Part shown: positions 36,963-38,152 of the stretch, piece after piece | How positions within the stretch are numbered: the first letter of the stretch is position 1 | Layout: each line of letters begins with the position of its first letter | Source of the DNA: a virus | Lineage: Duplodnaviria > Caudoviricetes | Length of the DNA: 38,152 bases | IMG/VR virus record: IMGVR_UViG_3300033420_000015 | Location: 1-38,152 of that record | Direction: 5' to 3' (one strand) | Notes under the pieces: model-generated | Database searches by the model: none | What the model was told of the DNA's origin: nothing | Seen by the model: the letters and a program-made list of their open reading frames with translations, nothing else | Position numbers and translations under genes: made by a program

Positions 36963-37262
36963 ATGGATACCGCAAGATTATATAGTTTTGAGAATAAGAA
37001 TGAAATTATTTTTAAAATTACCGACGAAAACAGAGGTAAGTTATTATCTATTACCGCTCATAATTCTAAAAAGGAAGCGGATTACACTAATATAGTTATC
37101 AAACATAAGCATTGCAATATTGAATATGTATTGCTTGATTGTTCGTATGATGGGGTAGATTTGATTTATGGGGTTGAACAAGTCATTGAATTATATAACA
37201 AAGACACGATAACAATAAAAACGAATACGCTTAATGATTTTATTATTGCTATTGGTGTTTAA
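36963..37262 (+). CDS. Hypothetical protein
   Basis: 99-aa ORF with AGGAG RBS, preceded by CGTATATA. Confidence 0.7.
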   Translation: MDTARLYSFENKNEIIFKITDENRGKLLSITAHNSKKEADYTNIVIKHKHCNIEYVLLDCSYDGVDLIYGVEQVIELYNKDTITIKTNTLNDFIIAIGV

Positions 37263-37279
37263 AAATAAGGAGATGATTT

Positions 37280-37720
37280 ATGAAAGAGAATTGCGAAAAC
37301 AGAAGCGAGATGTCAGACGGATGCAAACTACATATCAATGAACAGATTATTGGACTGAATAAATCTATAAATGATGGATTTAAATTAATTGGTGATAGAT
37401 TATTGTCAGTTGAAATTGCAGTTAATAGTCAAGTTGCAGATATGACAAAGGTAAAAACATGCGTGGATGAATTGAAACATGGTAATGGGAAGAAGGGATT
37501 ACATCAATTGTCTTCTGAATTTGATTCGCATATTCTCTCTCATAAGAAAGTTGAAGACCGTTTATTCCAAGTGATATTGAATTATGGTGGAAAAGCTGTA
37601 TTAGTCATACTGAATCTGTTCTTCATCTATAAACTCTATTCTAATGAAAATATCAATCAAGACATATCAGATAAACAGAATCAGGCAATAGAACAAAAAG
37701 CACATCAGAATCATCCATAA
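37280..37720 (+). CDS. Coiled-coil plus single-TM membrane protein (holin-like)
   Basis: GNGKKGL coiled-coil motif followed by hydrophobic AVLVILNLFFIY. Confidence 0.55.
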   Translation: MKENCENRSEMSDGCKLHINEQIIGLNKSINDGFKLIGDRLLSVEIAVNSQVADMTKVKTCVDELKHGNGKKGLHQLSSEFDSHILSHKKVEDRLFQVILNYGGKAVLVILNLFFIYKLYSNENINQDISDKQNQAIEQKAHQNHP

Positions 37721-37728
37721 GGAGCGTA

Positions 37729-38152
37729 ATGAGCATTGTAGTTGATGGTAAAGTTAAAAAGGAGCTGGATTCGTTACTCCTTAGCTCTATAAATTCTTTG
37801 CCATTAGATATAGCCACTGAATTGCAGCTATCTCTTAAAAACGATTTAAAGGCTATTTCTGACAAGATTTGCGAATGTATAGATAATAAGCCTGTTTGTA
37901 CCATAAATAACGAAAACATAGATAAATCTGTATATATTGATTTAAATTGTACTAAGAGTAATCATAATATTAGTTGTGATTCTATGGAAGAGTTGATTGA
38001 AGCATTAACTGAAATTGGGAAGATGAAGGAGCAGGAAGAGAAGTGTTTACAGATTAAGTTGGCTATATTGCACAATTTAAGTATGTTATTTGCATTCGCT
38101 GGAGATTTAATGAGTTGCAATAATATCAGGAAGTTTCTAGACAAGAATTTCC
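37729..38152 (+). CDS. Hypothetical protein spanning the circular junction (continues to position 204; 166 aa)
   Basis: AAGGAG then ATG 37729; frame stays open through the terminal repeat to TAA 202-204. Confidence 0.7.
   Translation, partial: MSIVVDGKVKKELDSLLLSSINSLPLDIATELQLSLKNDLKAISDKICECIDNKPVCTINNENIDKSVYIDLNCTKSNHNISCDSMEELIEALTEIGKMKEQEEKCLQIKLAILHNLSMLFAFAGDLMSCNNIRKFLDKNF
38026..38152. repeat. Terminal direct repeat (copy 2)
   Basis: Identical to 1-127. Confidence 0.95.

Noticed and set aside
12813-38144. Minus-strand ORFs in the structural region (e.g. 12813, 13422, 15977, 20659, 29105, 30422, 32824, 35254, 37653, 37962)
   Set aside because: They are shadows of well-supported plus-strand genes and show no recognisable motifs; only the HNH is accepted
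38026-38152. Biological direct terminal repeat
   Set aside because: 127 bp matches a common assembler k-mer length and the repeat falls mid-ORF, so an assembly overlap is more likely
1-38152. Alternative genetic code (stop-codon reassignment)
   Set aside because: Standard-code ORFs tile the genome densely and the core genes are full length

Overview
The window looks like a complete, AT-rich, circularly assembled siphovirus-type dsDNA phage genome of about 38,025 bp. Bases 1-127 are repeated exactly at 38026-38152, and one ORF reads across the join. Gene order: small divergent early genes; an AEP/RepB-like primase-replication gene with internal repeats; a sigmaH-like factor; a PD-(D/E)XK nuclease; an accessory block; a second sigma factor; then HK97-type head genes, neck and tail genes, and a putative lysis region with no recognisable endolysin. 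The accessory block holds four paralogs of an unknown ~110-aa protein interleaved with cargo genes (an N6-adenine methyltransferase, a GT4 glycosyltransferase), and just upstream is an apparent tail-tube paralog. Most unusual points: (1) two tandem major capsid genes, the second with a long Ser-rich tail, plus Ser tracts in two neck proteins and a phage glycosyltransferase, a candidate virion glycosylation/display system; (2) the four-copy paralog array with conserved ends and a variable core; (3) a tail-tube-like paralog outside the structural module; (4) three head-closure paralogs bracketing a 6.8-kb fibre insert; (5) a recurrent CGTATATA late-promoter-like motif; (6) a structured leader RNA ahead of the replication gene. 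I saw no integrase, tRNA, CRISPR array or reverse transcriptase. All assignments come from motif recognition by eye; no database searches were run.
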